A model generated the notes under the pieces. That model was not told where the DNA came from. It was given only the letters and a program-made list of their open reading frames with translations, and ran no database searches. A stretch of DNA of 64,000 nucleotides from the human T2T-CHM13v2.0 reference genome, Homo sapiens, in assembly GCF_009914755.1 (NCBI RefSeq), contig NC_060940.1, one strand, 5' to 3'. Shown here in pieces: positions 40,866 to 56,779 of the stretch. Made by a program: the position numbers and the translations under genes. How positions within the stretch are numbered: position 1 is the first letter of the stretch; the number at the start of each line of letters is the position of its first letter.

Positions 40866-43800
40866 GTATGTATTGGGGAACCCCTCTCATACTGATGAGT
40901 AATCCAGATGATGAGCAATGTGCCACTGTCTCTCTGGCCTTCCTGTAGACAGGCAGCCTGAGTGGAGCTTCCCCTCATGAATGAGGGCATAGGCTGTGAT
41001 GGGAGAAATTGTTGTTCCAGATAAAGCATGATGGTCACATTCTGCAGTCCCTGGGAACAACTGTGGTCTCTGAAGTTAGGTGAGGTTGTGCGCATTGAGT
41101 TGCTGCGTGTCTTTTTGAATTAATGTGGTGAGTGTCCAAAATACGTAATGTCAAGGTCATGTACAGGCTCAGCCTCTATCATGCAGCCTAGTTCTGGTTT
41201 CCGTCTTCTATGCTCAGGAAACACAGCAACATGAAAAGATAACCAAAAGGCTTGCCCTAGGGTGTTACTGGCAGGGCAAGCACTTGCCTTCCTAGGAGGA
41301 TAGAGGGTGACTCATGCATTATGAGGTGGGGAAAGACAAATGAGGCTGTTTTACAGCAGAGGCTCCATGATGTTCCCATTGAGCCCACTGTTGACAGAAG
41401 TTTTTGTTTGCTTCTGAAGGTCTTTGCAAAAAACAAGTCAAGGTGGTTGGCTGAAGGTTATATGAAAATAAAATTAGCCAAATTCTGGATTGAGTTTCTT
41501 TTGGGAGCTTGCGTTTGGTGGAAATATATTGTATATGAATTGAATTTGATTGCTCTGTAGGTGTCAATACTTATCCTATATTTTAAAACAATGAGGCTGG
41601 TGTGATTTTAAAATGCCCCTCGTTAACCTCATAAACTATCTCCTCATAGCCCATTTCCTCCAGTCATCTTTAATCTCTAAAATATAGTTTTTTTTTTTTG
41701 TGGTATTTGGGGCCCTCTGCTGTGTGTGATTAAAGGCACAAATCAGCGTTACCAGCATTGAGGCTCTAAGAATTCACAGAGTGCTGTCCAGTGGGTTCTA
41801 TGAGAGAGACAGTAGGCTACAGCCTTGGCCTGGGCCTGAAAAGGAACACGATTTGGAAGAGCAGAAGGAAGGCATGAGGGCAACAAAGCCACAGGGGGAA
41901 GCCAAGGTGCAACATCAGCAGAGACAGTTCTGCATCATCACCTGGGCATGGCCGGGATGTTCATATTACAACTGACGGAGAATGGGTCAAGCTCCAACTT
42001 CATAGCTGGTTTTAGCACTGTTGGCCTGTCTTCCTAAGAGCCTGAAGAGAGAAGCTACTTTCTTGTTTCTTGTCTTCTCTATTTCCTGTATGTTGATGGC
42101 AATGGCACCACCAGAAATTAATGAGAGGCAGAGAACACAAGTGAGTTCTTGAAACATCCAATTTTGCCCAGAGAGGACATGATCAGCAGGGATGGATTTC
42201 AGGGTCAAGCCAGATACAAAGTATTTCCCAGGCCTGGTCTCTGGCTGGGACAGAGATCAGCTCTTATTTTTCACCTGCTTCTGGGAGTCACCTGACAGCT
42301 GGTCCTTGTGTAGTTGCTGTTGGCCAAGTGTGATTTGGCCCAGAACCCTGTGTGACTGGAAGGAGTGTCAGCTTTCAGGCAGGAAAGCTGCCCCACACTA
42401 GATGCAAGAGAGGTGAGAAGAGATCCTGCTTCAGTGCAAGGTGAACTCAGCCAAGGGAGAGGGGCTGCTCCAGAGTCCAGGTGGTCCTTGCAACTCTCCC
42501 ATGTGACCTATAAGACAAGACTTTTCCTGTTTCTCTGAGATAGTCTTGGAATTATTAGTCTCAAATTCTGTTTTGTTTTACTTATGTGTTGATGAATCCT
42601 GGCCATGGCTCGTCAATGGGAGGGCAAGGACTATGTCCTCCTCATTCCTTGTCATCCCAGAGCTCAGCCCTTGGCAGCCCATCTTGGGCCCCAGTAATGT
42701 TCCAATGCTTCCAACCCCTTTGCTGAGATCCAGCGCCAGTGTGAAAAGGCTTCCTGCTCATCTCCTTCAATCTGTTTTTTCTCATGGTAATCTAGAAACC
42801 TGAATGGATTCTGATCCAAGGTCACAGGAGAATAGGGTGGGGTCCTGAAGTCAATGAAGAGTCCCCCTCATCTCTACTCTGGCTACATTGGTTCACCTTT
42901 TCTCCTTGCAGAAGATGCTCTTTTTCTGTTTACAAGCCCTCCTTTGCTGGACCAGGCTTTTTTATTTTTGTTGTGGCATCCCTGCACTTCACAGGGGGCC
43001 TGGAGCTTGTTCCTGTGCCCCTGAAGCACCTATCCATAAATGATCAGATCAGAGCAGCAAACCACTCTGCCAGGAATCACCAGGGGGGAGAGTCACATCT
43101 TCCTCACCTTTGGGTTTAGACCTGTGCATTCCAGTGTGGTCCTGAGTGGCATATGTGCCCATTCATATTTAAATAAATGAAAAAATTCAAAACCTCCTCA
43201 CAAGAGCCATGCTAGAAGTTCCCAGTTGCCAAATGTCTACTCTTAAGAGACCATCTCCATTCTCCCAGAATCACCTGGGAAGCAGCTGCTGGGAGTCTGG
43301 CCCAGGTTCTGTTCAGTGCACCCACCTAACTCAGTGCATGTGCATCAAGGCTTAATCTCAGGTTCTCAGATTGGAGGTAAGAGATGCTATGAGCCAGTGT
43401 CGGTGAACAGTTGAAAGGGATTATTTCAGGTCCTCTGTCTCACCTGAAGGCGCACAGCTGTGAGCAGTGCCTTCATAAAGTCCCCTGAGTTCACAGAGCC
43501 CAGGGAGAATCATAGTGGACAAAGCAGTCATGTTGATGTTTGTGTCTCTGTACATGGGCTCATGGGCACTACCTCTGGATCCATCCAGGAGGAAATAGAC
43601 TGGTCAGGTAGGGACCAACACCCCAGGGTTGACCAGTGAGAGAGCGTTCTTGGAGATTGGGTTACACTTGTTTTGGAGCCTAGGATGGGATCAATGAAGT
43701 GACTAAATATGAAAGGAAACAGGTATAGAAGTCTGACTTGGGTTTTTTTTTTTTTTTTGTATCTTAATGACAAAGTTGTAAGAGTTGTGTTCTTATGGGC

Positions 43801-45395
43801 TTTGTGTGAGTTGTGTTTGTCACCATCATTTCTTGCTCTGGTGTTTAAAGATTACATTTTGCAGAGGACCAGATCATTTCTGCCTTTGCCACAGCAAGCA
43901 CCAGAGCCCTGGGTTTTGATGAGGTAGCATTTTTTTGTGAATAGAGATCACAAGATGAGTATGCAGGTGTAAAGTTGAGTGTGGGGTGGGACAGAGCCCC
44001 TTCCAGGTGCTACGTAATCCTGAAGGTAAAGTCCTTCATACATGTGCCAGGAGATGAAAGGAGCCCACTGTCTTTCTCTACACTCTCAGGACCTGCAACA
44101 GCACCTTCCTGTCCTGTCCTCACCATCTGCTCCTGCTCTAAGGGTGCTCCCTGGGTTGGATGACATAGGGAATCATTCCTCTGGAATTCATACGTGTGCC
44201 CCAGCATCCTGGAGTCCTGAGGGCCGAACACATGATTGAGCACATTTTTGGCCTCCACTCCTCACCCAGTCCCATCCAATCCCAAATCCTTGGGCTTTGA
44301 ATGAAACCTAAATTGGTTTTCGTTGGAGAGGCCCGAGTCCAGCTGTAGCTCAAGGCCCTCTGTGGCTGGCAGGAATCCTAGGGGATATATGTGGAGGGGC
44401 TGCTGTGTTGCTGTAGGCAGTGGCTCTCACCGTCTGTGTAGCCTGGTCCCTGGAATCCACTGGGCCCAGGGCAGAGCCTCTGGGCAGCTGGCACGGGGTC
44501 ATTTATCTTGTCACACCCTCCTCTCTGGCCCAGCAGCCTTGTCCTGCTCCCCATACTCCTGTCAGGCCCAGCTTGTTCTCTGTGTCAGGTCTGCCAGGTG
44601 CCCTCCCTCTTAGTCTTCCCACAGCTCAGGCAAACCCTGGGAGGGCCCCCTCATTTCTGTGCTGAAAACTGCTGGCCTCACCTGCAGATTAAGGCAACTG
44701 GGACAAGGGGCTTTACTCTGAATTCTGTTCCATTGTTTCCAAATATTCAGAAGCTGATGGGATTGTTTTGAGGGCTGAATATTTTCCAAGTCTCTAAGGT
44801 CATTCCAGGCATAGAACAGTCACTGTATCTGTGACATCAGCCATCATTGTCTCCCACAGGCCCCAACACAACCCCAAGCCTGTGGGAGGTGCTGCCGACC
44901 CAGGGTGAGATCCGTCGGTTGATTGTAGGCCCTGGAAGTGAAGCCTTGACCTTCTTTCTGATATTCTTCTTTTGGAGAACAGTAGGACTGGTGGAGGTCC
45001 ACATGGAGAAAGGAAATGGGATTCATGAGGGAACAGAAGCAGGCCCTACAGGACGAGGAGGGAGGGAATTCCATGTCATGCACAAGGTTGTGAAGAGGGT
45101 GGCTGCCTCTTGGAGGAACAGAATGATGCGGCTTCCCCTCCCTTGGCTCAGTGATGGTATGTGAGGGCTGGGCAAGTATGTGGGAAGTCAGAGATCCCTC
45201 CCTTATAGCACAGAAGAAATGATACAGGCTGTGGAGAAGGCTCCAGAAATGAGCACATCAGAGGCTCTGGGGTTGGCTCCACAGCCCTGGAACAGCAGGG
45301 TCTGAGTGGTTGTCTCGACTCTAACTCTCCCCTTTCCTTCTTATGGCCACCCCATCACCACTGCTCCTCCAGACACTCTGATGCTTGCTTCACAG

Positions 45396-45433
45396 AATTG
45401 GAAGACTCCACCATTACAGGCGGCCACCAGCAG
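45396..45433 (+). CDS. FAM153: FAM153-like exon 9 (ELEDSTITGGHQQ)
   Basis: Acceptor TTCACAG|, donor |GTAATT; matches recalled QLEDSTITGSHQQ. Confidence 0.85.
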
Positions 45434-45850
45434 GTAATTGATCTCCTCTTATATGCTCTCTCTCTTTTATCCTCTTTCTGACTCATGAGCTCCTTTTTTA
45501 GCTCTGGTCCTTTTCCTCTTTCCCTCTCTTCTGATTGTTCTCCTGAAGAACCTGGTCTCATCCCACAGTTGAGGTTCTTGGGTCTTCAGTGTCAATAAAA
45601 TCCTCTCCAGCCCTCCTGCCCACTGCCTTGGCATTGCCCTGTTCACTGGCCCCCAGGTTGCAGCTTTCAATCTTGCTGAACAACACTTCAGGGTCCAGGG
45701 AGGGGACTGGGCTGGGGTCAGAAGAGCTGGACCCCACCCTGCTGGAGGGACCCCCAGTAACATCTGGTCTGCTCTGGGCACCCCCTTAACAGATAGAACT
45801 TTTCTTGCACTGGCGTCTCTGGACATGCACAATTGTTCTCTTTCTCACAG

Positions 45851-45918
45851 ATGTCAGCAAGTCCTTCCTCTGCACCTGCAGAAGAAGCAACAGAAAAGAC
45901 AAAAGTGGAAGCGGAAGT
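45851..45918 (+). CDS. FAM153: FAM153-like exon 10 (MSASPSSAPAEEATEKTKVEAEV)
   Basis: Acceptor TTCTCACAG|, donor |GTGAGG; near-identical to the recalled FAM153A peptide. Confidence 0.87.
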
Positions 45919-46011
45919 GTGAGGGGAAGTGGAAGCAGGCAGAATGATGAGGGAAGCACAGACATGCCCATGTTCTTCATGGCTACACTCACATTCTTGT
46001 TGTCCCATCAG

Positions 46012-46072
46012 GAAAACCAGGAAGCCCAGGAAGAATGTCCTGAACTGTTGGGACATTTTTAGTTTATTTTAG
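46012..46072 (+). CDS. FAM153: FAM153-like last coding exon (KTRKPRKNVLNCWDIFSLF*)
   Basis: Acceptor CCCATCAG|; TAG at 46070-46072 at the homologous position (recalled ...NVLKCWDIFNIF*); donor AAG|GTAAGT at 46084/46085. Confidence 0.83.
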
Positions 46073-47673
46073 AGACCTCTGAAGGTAAGTGAAGGATGCC
46101 CTGAGAACATCCTCCAGGAAACAGACACCCACTCCATAGCAGCCCCTGAGCCTGCTGGGCTGAGCCCTCCACAGGCTGCGTAGTGAGGGAGACACTGAGG
46201 TGCTGGTCAGACCACCATGTGCTGAATTCCAAGGGCTGTGCACTCTGTTATTCGTCTGCAGTGACACTTCATCTCACCACCATCTCATTTCGGGGAACCT
46301 AGCTCTGTCCTCCCAGCCTCTTGAGGCCAACAGGGAGCATCACTAGTTCATCCTGAGGAGACACTAGGGTTGACATGAATCCCCCCCAGTTCAGGCCTCC
46401 TGGGAAAGGTGTGAGAGGGATGGGGGCATCCCCAGTTCCTTGTCACACAAGCAAGCAGCCCACTCGGCCCAGTATTGCAGGCCAGTGGGCACTCAGTCGG
46501 TCCTGGCATCAAGCAGAGGACATGGCAGGATCTAAGAAGCACTGAAATGTGCCCAGCCCCAGGGGTCCTTCAGCTTCTGTGGGGGACTGGGGGCCTCCAA
46601 TCCCAGGGGTCCTTCAGCCTCTGTGGGGGTCTGGGATGGCCTCATGGTCCCATTTTTCAAGATGAGGTTGGAGGCTTCTGTACATAGAGAGCACTGACTT
46701 GGGCATCAGTTGTTCTGTATCTGTGCCAAATGCCAACCAAACAAACCCCTGAAGACATTTCAGGATGATGCTCACCTGGGAGGGGTTGAGGGCATGATTT
46801 AGGGAGCCTCTGTTTTTTAAATGTATTTTTCAATCTTGAAGTAAGGTACACATATGAATGTTTGTGTGTGTACATATACACTGCTTTTCACTCTTTCAAA
46901 TGTATGTCTTCTGTAACCCTTTTCTGCTAGAATATATGAACATGAGAAATTTATGTCTTACCAAAGCATAATTTTAAAAATTACAATGCAAAGACAGGTC
47001 CGGTGGCAATGCTAGGAAGACGAGGTCTTATTAGGCAATAAAAATGACGTGCTCCAGGAAGCTATGCATATTCAACGTGCAGCTCTTCTGTCTGGATGGC
47101 ACAGAGGATCTGGGTGGCAAGGCAGAGTCACCACCCCCACCCTGTGTTATGAGCGCTCCTGCTCCTCTTAGGGCCCAGGGGCGTGGGACTCTGCTTGTTG
47201 ATCCTGGAATCCTCGAAATTCCCCCATTTCTCTCTATCTGTTTTGCTCTCCAGGGAACCAGCCCCCTGAAGGTGCCCATGTGAGCGCCCAGGTCCAGTTC
47301 TTCCTCCATGACACTTACAGACACTCTCTGTGGACAGATAACACCTCAGCAGAGAGCAGCACACAGGGCTCAGTGCCTTGACATCTGAGTAGACCTGACT
47401 GTCAGGAGCTCAGGGGCCCAAGGTCACCTTCCAGTGCCCAAGGACCTCTCTGAGACCTGCACCACCCTAGGGAGCCCCTCCTCCCTCCACCTCTGTGCCT
47501 CCCCAGTGACCCTTGCACCTCTGTCTATGTTGCAAATTCCTCGAACACCAGGAAGGGCTTGATGTGGGGATGTCAACATGGCTCAGATTGATGTGGATCG
47601 TGATCATTTTGGGAACTGTGTTACTCCAAAAACTTTTATAATCTTTGCTTAATTTGTTTTTAAATATTTTCCT

Positions 47674-47978
<305 letters not shown>

Positions 47979-48210
47979 TTAACCTCTGTTTTTTAGAGGG
48001 CACAAATTGTTCTTGTGTTGTTTCTATTTTACATTTTTCCTGAAGTTATTTTCCAATTGTTTTCATTCCTTCTGAAGTTTTGTTTACTCAGTTTTGAGTT
48101 TTTGTAATTTTAATAGACTTCTTTCATGCTTTCATTTTCTTAATGACTTTTACGTCATTTTTAAAACAAATCCATAGTACGGTAAGTTACATCAAGATGG
48201 ACTGTATTTA

Positions 48211-48582
<372 letters not shown>

Positions 48583-50602
48583 TTAGAAATCTAGTTGTTC
48601 ATTGCAGAACTAAACCAGTTTATAGCAGAAATAAGCACTTGGAGGGAAATGTTACATTTTCACTCCAGGCCTTGAGTCCTTAGCCACCAGCTGTTTGTCC
48701 TTCAGGGTTCTGTGGTTCCTGGTTCCAGAGAAATCATTTGCTCCAACGTAATGGGTGAAGAGTTCTTCAGGTGATGGCTGTTGGGCCCAGCTTGGCTGTT
48801 GTCTTTGCTGTCTTGTAAGCCTTGTGTTGCTCAAGTTCAGTTGTGTATTAGTGCACTAACTGTACTGCAAGCTTCTCCAAGCATGTGCAAGCAATTTGAG
48901 AGGAGCCTAATGTTTGCAAGGAATTTGAGAGGAGCCTTTTAAGGATGTTTTATTGGGTGGGTCAGATGAGGGAGATAACATGGGGGCAAGAAGGAAAGTT
49001 ATTAATTCACGTGAAACTACCAGCCGTTCATCACCTAACTTATGATTTCAGACACTGAGCACATTGCAGGTTGAGAAGGTGCTTGGTCCTTTTTGTAGCC
49101 TTATGCTGTGCTCTTCAGAGTCATGAGTGTGCTGCTTTTTCTCACCATTTTGTTTCTTGTAGATTGTTGTCCTTGATGCTGGAAAACATTTTGAAGACAA
49201 GACTCTAAACAGTGACCTATGCCGCACTAGTTTATTGGAAAATGAGAAATTTACATTACTGACAAGCTTGGAAGATTCTTCTGTCCTGCAGTGACCTGTG
49301 TTTCCCTGGTCTTTATCTTGCCACTCTGCTTTATTCCCCTTTTTTGTGGCAGTAGTTATGATGCCAACTTTTGGGGATTCTTTGTCCTCCTCTTTTCTTC
49401 CTACATGCCAACATTCAAATGGCCACTTCTATTAAGTGATGGAATTCAAAAATTTGTTTCTGTATATTAATCCTAATATGGTTTCACTCATCCCTCAATT
49501 TAACATTTAGAGTACAAAGTAGTCACCTAGAGGTGCCACTCAATATACAGCACTGTGTTTAGAAATTGAGGGAGCCATGAATTATTTAGACTCTGCTCTC
49601 TGAAACTTCAGCCAGGTGCAAAGAAGAGATGCAGAACCACATTTCAGATTGTGTTATGTACACCCAGCAGCACCAAAATGAGCCTGGGAATCATGGGGGT
49701 CAGAAATTTACCTCTGAGGCAGGTATGGCTGAAGCTTTATGAAAAGAGATGGGGCCTGTGCCAGGCCTTAGATGTAGGAGAAGGAGGACGTGTCAGGAAG
49801 CAGAAACAGTATCATCAAAGGTGCTGCTGTGAGGCATGTGGGCAGTGTTTGGAGAAGAGCCAGGGACTTTCTGTGTCAGGTTTACAGCATCTGTGGGAGG
49901 CCGCATTGGTAAATAAGCCCAGAGAAGTAGGCTGGGGCTACTTACATTAAAAGTATGCATGGCTTTAAAGGCCAGCTGAGTGGTATAAGTAGAAACTGTA
50001 AATAGTATCACATTTATTGAGGACAGCTTTTGCTGCCAATAGAGTTTTTAAATTTTTTGTGATTGTGTAATTAATGGATGAAGAATTATTGACCTAAATG
50101 TATCCAATCTTTGAGTGTTTTAGTATGCTAGATTATTGTAGGTGAAATGGCTAAGTCAAAGGTGATGAGTGTTTTTGAGACTGTTAATGCTAATTGCAAA
50201 ATTAACCTCTTAAAAAGGCACTGCCAGCTTAGGCCATGACTGAGAGCTCTTGTTTTATCTTGTCCTTGCTGAGCTGGGTGTTATAACATTGAAACCTTCT
50301 GCAGTCTGTCTCTCTCTCTCTCTCTCCCCCCACCCCCTCCTCCCTTCCTCCCTTTATTCCTTTTACTTCTCTTAGGATAGGCTCATCTGTACTTTTTTGA
50401 TAGAGGTAACCATTTGCCACACCATTTTCTGAAGGGCCTGCTCTCTTCCCATTCATTTGTGATGGCACATTTATCCTACCATAAGCTTTGGTAACATGTC
50501 AGGATCTTTCTGTCCTGTCCTCTCAAAGAGGTTAATTTTTTTTTATAATGACTTATAACTGACTGAAGTTATAATAGTTTTCTCATGTCAAATATAGAAA
50601 GA

Positions 50603-51178
<576 letters not shown>

Positions 51179-52694
51179 GGATGATATTGATGATGAAATG
51201 TCCTACAATGATCATTTAGAGCTTTATTTTGAACAACTGGCAATTCCAGGAATGATGGAATAAAACATATGAAGTAGAAGGACTGGAACCTCTAGAAAAA
51301 ATACTTTAAGTTACCTGCAAGTGATCCTAGTCAGGTGTGTTACAGTCTTAATGGCTTTTCAGAAATTTGACAGAAAATTACTATTAATCTCACTGGGTGT
51401 TTACATGAATTTTAAGCCTTTGCTTTTCTTTTAACTTTGTTTTTTTACAGGTATGAATTGATAAGAAATGCCTGCACCTTACCTCCTTCCTATCTTTCCC
51501 TTGCCTACAGAAAATTAAAAGGCAAAGACAATGGACATCTACATATTCTTCATTCAGATCAACCAGTGGCTAGCATTTGCCACCTTTGCATTTTCTTTCT
51601 CTTTCCATAAGTACTTTCTTCTCTGAATCATTTGAAAGTAAGTTGCAGAGAGCAAGATGTTTTACCCCAACACTTCAGCATTTATCTCTTGTGAATAATG
51701 ACATATTTCTACATAATCACAGTTCTACCATCTAACTGTAATACAGTAATTTGATGTACAGCCCATATTCAGTTTTACCTAATTGTCTCCAAAATTTTCT
51801 TTATTTTTGTTTTAAATCCACAGATTAATCAAAGATTAACCTTGCCTTTGGTTATCATGTCTCTCTGTTCTTTTACTTTGGAGTACTTCTTTCAATACAT
51901 GAAATATTTTGAAAAATCTACACTCTTTGTTTTGTAGAATGACCCATAATCTAGATATATCTGATTGCTTTTTTCTTCTCCTGACTAGAATAGTTTGATC
52001 ATTTTGGCAAGAATAGATTAAACAGTGTTCTCATGAGTGGATCCAGATTAAACAAGGAATAATGCCTAATTCAGATTAGGCAGTGTTGTGTACTTAACGC
52101 CTCACACCAGATGTTTGAGTCTGTTTGTCCCACGATTGTTGATGCTATGTTTAATAATTTTGGTTGAGGTAGTATCAACTGGACATCTCCTTGTGAAGTA
52201 GCTTTTCCCTTTTGTTGTTAGTCATCTGTGGGATGAGATATCAAAGCACTGTGAACATCTTATTCCCTGGCAACCTTCACCAGCTGGTTTCAGCGTCATT
52301 GCTGAAGCCTCCTGGAAACATTGATTAAACCCGTGGTTCCAGTGGTGATTTCTCATTCCTTTTACACTGATTACCTGCCTCCTTGAGTAAGGTAGATGTT
52401 GTCTGCTCCCCATGTTTTCCCCTTCAAAATGTTTAATTTTAATTTAAATGATTAGTACAGCTGAGTTACCCTTTCAACAGGCAAATGAAAACAGTAGCCT
52501 AAAGTGTCAGTTTCAACCAGAAAATAACAGCTCTGATTTCTCATGGCTCACACTCTTCTGAAAAGATTCAGGAGGAGGCTCAGGAAGGCCATGTTGTTTG
52601 TCTACCTGGGACTAGTAAGTATAGAAATAGAATTCCTTTGTTCTTAAATTCTACCTTTGACTTTACTTTTAAAATATAATTTATTTAGTGTGAT

Positions 52695-53115
<421 letters not shown>

Positions 53116-53527
53116 CTAAGGACTTGTTCTATTATAGCACAGTAATCATTTTACTAATTAGTGACTATTTGTCATTAAAAACAATATATTTAGTTTTAAT
53201 ACAGTTGAGTACTCACAAATTTCTGGGGAAACTTGGTCAGGACATTTTAACTGAGAAGGCACCTTCTCACTGATAGCCATGCTGCTCGGTGGTGCAGCTC
53301 ATATGCAGACAACTCCCTTCATGTAATTTAGTAGGAAAATGACAGAAATAGTTGTAGAACTATAAACTAAAGCAGAATTCTGGTTATTGAATCACAGCAC
53401 CTACTGAAAGAAGTTCTCAAGTTCTGATTGAGTTCTAAAAGATTTTGAAGATTGGAATTCTTCATAGGTAAGTAAAAATTTTGGATGACCCATTTCTAGT
53501 CCATCTTCTAAAGAAATATTTAATCTG

Positions 53528-53833
53528 GGCCATGTGTGGTGGCTCATGATTGTAATCCCAGCACTTTGGGAGGCTGAGGTGGGTGGATCACGAGGTCAAG
53601 AGATTGAGACCATTCTTGCCAACAAGGTGAAACCCCGTCTCTACTAAAAACACAAAAATGAGCTGGGCATGGTGCCGTGTGCCTGTAGTCCCAGCTACAC
53701 AGGAGGCTGAGTTGGGAGGATCACTTGAGCTTAGGAGTTGGAGGTTGCCGAAAGCTATGATCATGCCACTGCACTCCAGGATGGACGACAGTGAGACCCT
53801 GTCTCTAAAACACAAACAAAACTAACAAAAAAA
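53528..53833 (+). mobile_element. Chimeric Alu (AluSc-like left arm, AluJo-like right arm)
   Basis: Left arm GGATCACGAGGTCAAGAGATTGAGACCATT; right arm GGAGGATCACTTGAGCTTAGGAGTTGGAGG..GCTATGATC..GAGACCCTGTCTC. Confidence 0.75.
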
Positions 53834-54237
53834 GTGTTTAATCCATAAGATGACCACATGTACAGAAGCCTCCTGGCAATCTTAGCCTGAAGCCATGAAG
53901 GAAGGCATAGTGTGAAGGCAAGTGCAGGCTGGCCTATGGCAGGTGAGGATCAGGACAGGATATGGAATGAACATCTGCATCAAAGCTTTATTGCTTGAAA
54001 CATTCCTATCTGTAGGTCAGCCTTAAAATACACCATTTCATAAAATATTATCTTTCCCATATTTTGAGGCCATGCAATTTTTGATACCTGAGGGAACTGT
54101 ATTGTGTTCTTGATTTGATGAGATCAGTAGCTTTCTTATCTTATTGAATGACATCTACAGAACTCAGAAACAGGCTACATATTAAGCAAATTGATATCTT
54201 TCTTATTATAATATTACTGTGTATAAGAAATAGAGAT

Positions 54238-54560
54238 GGCCAGGTGTGGTGGCTCACACCTGTAATCTCAGCACTTTGGGAGGCTAAGGCAGGTGGATCA
54301 CAAGGTCAGTAGTTCAAGACCAGCCTGGCCAATATGGTGAAACCCTGTCTCTATTAAAAATACTAAAATTAGCTGGACCTGGTGGCATGCACCTGTAATC
54401 CCAGCTACTTGGGAGCTGAGACAGGAGAATTGCTTAAACCCAGGAGGCAGAGGCTGCAGTCACCCAAGATCTCATCACTGGACTCTAGCCTGGGTGACAG
54501 AACAAGACTCTGTCTCAAAAAAAAAAAAAAAAAAGAAAGAAAGAAAGGAAAGAAAAAAGA
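54238..54560 (+). mobile_element. Alu (AluSg-like)
   Basis: Full dimer with an A/GAAA tail. Confidence 0.9.
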
Positions 54561-55634
54561 GAGGGTCCCCCCCCCCACCCCACCAACTGATGTCAACTGC
54601 AGGGAGTGTCAGGTGCATGGTGCTATCAGGTGTTGAAAGTGCTCCTTACCTAAAAAGGAAAAGTCCCAAAAATAAAATTATCAAGGGAATTTTAGGTATC
54701 AGCTTTATATTTGTGTAAGTTATTTGTAGAGTTGGATTTTAAGAGTTTTGCCTGCTTCAGAATTCTCCCATTTTGTTCTTTTTTTCTTTTACATGTATCT
54801 TATTACCTATTATTACATAAATATTATTCACCTATTAAAATCAGTCATTGTCCTCTGATCCATTTCTTCAGTGGTCAGGACCATCTGTGGTTTCCCCACC
54901 ATCGAGCATTTTCTCCTAATACTGTTATAGTTTTATAAACTATGATGTGAGTTTTGCATGTGGGTTACTTTTTTCTCACTTAGACCAAGTTTTCCAGTAT
55001 TTACTAAAAGAATTCTTACTTTTTTGCTTTATTCTGTACATCTCTGTTTTGTACATATTAAATATATTTTTAATTTTAAATTGTAAAATATATGTAACAT
55101 AAACTTTACCATCTAATCATTTTAAGTGTACAGTTCAGTAATGTTAAGTACATTTATCAGGGTTGTTTGATGTTTTGGCTTCTTTGGACCAAATTGGAAG
55201 AATTGTCCTGGACCACACATAAAATACGCTAACACTAATGATAGCCCATGTGCTTAAAAAAAAAAGAAAGAAAGAAAGAAAGAAAAAAGCTCTATGCATA
55301 AATCTCATAATGATTTTTTATTTGTTTGTTTTGACATGAACTTCGGTGGACACCTTTCAACCCTAACAGTCAGATCTAAGATTCTTAGTTGAAAGGATTT
55401 CCCCACTCAGTACTTTGAATTAATCAACCCTACTGCCTTCTGGCCTCCAAGGTTTCTGGTAAGAAATCTACTGATAATCTGACTGAGAATCCTTTGTATG
55501 TGAGGAGTACTTCTCCCTTGTTTCATTCAAGATTCTTTGTCTTTTGATACCTTGATTATAAACTATCTTGAGTGAGATACTTTGAATTTATCCTATTTTG
55601 AGTTTGTTGAGCTTTGTGGTTTTTTTGACAGCAA

Positions 55635-56193
55635 GTTTTTGTAGAGACAGGGTCTCATGGCCAGGCACAGTGGCTCATGCCCATAATCCCAGCACTTTGG
55701 GAGGCCAGCTGAGACCAGCAGATCACCTGAGGTTCGGAGGTTGAGACCAGCCTGACCAACATGGAGAAACCCAGTCTCTGCTAAAAATACAAAATTAGCT
55801 CGGCATGGTGGCACGTGCCTGTGATCCCAGCTACGTGGGAGGCTGAGGCAAGAGAATCACCTGAACCCAGGAGGCAGAGGGTGCAGTGAGCTGAGATTTC
55901 ACCATTGCAACAAGAGTGAAACTCCGTCTCAAAACAAGAGAAAAAAAAGACAGGGTCTCACTCAGTCACCCAGGCTGAAAGGGCTCAAGCAATCCTTTCA
56001 CATGAGCCTCCTGAGTAGCTGAGATTGTATGTGCACACCACCATACCAGCTTTTAACTTTAATTATGATTTTTTCACAGAAACAGGGTCTCCCTATGTTT
56101 CCCAGGCTGATCTTGAATTCCTGGCCTGAAACTACCCTTCCACCTTGGCCTCCCAAAGCATTGAGTTTAGAGGTGGGAGCCACCATGCCAAGC
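55635..56193. mobile_element. AluSp/Sq-like (+, 55659-55947) nested in an older minus-strand AluJ-like element, flanked by old L1M fragments
   Basis: TSD AGACAGGGTCTCA at 55645-55657 and 55948-55960. Confidence 0.82.
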
Positions 56194-56391
56194 CTTGTAT
56201 ATTTATAATGTTTTAATGTTTTAAATCAAATTTGGGAAGTTTCTTAGATTTTCATTATTTCTTCAAGTATTCTTTTAGTCCCTCTGTCTGTTCTGTGATT
56301 CTTACAAACTGTTGTTGGTCCACTTGATGGTGTCCCACAGGTCCCTTAGGGTCAGTTGATATTCCTGCAACCATTTTATTTCTGTTTCTGA

Positions 56392-56779
<388 letters not shown>

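Larger units (their letters stand above)
35100..41100 (+). repeat. Intragenic tandem duplication, about 2.5 copies of a 2.2-2.8-kb exon-pair module
   Basis: Paralogous intronic anchors, e.g. GTCATCTTTAAATGG.AGGATAATTGAGTATTTTCAAATCTTGGTTTA at ~37253 and ~39810, and TGTGCACA.AGGACACAGC.TGGTCTGA at ~36005, ~38566 and ~40781. Confidence 0.85.
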
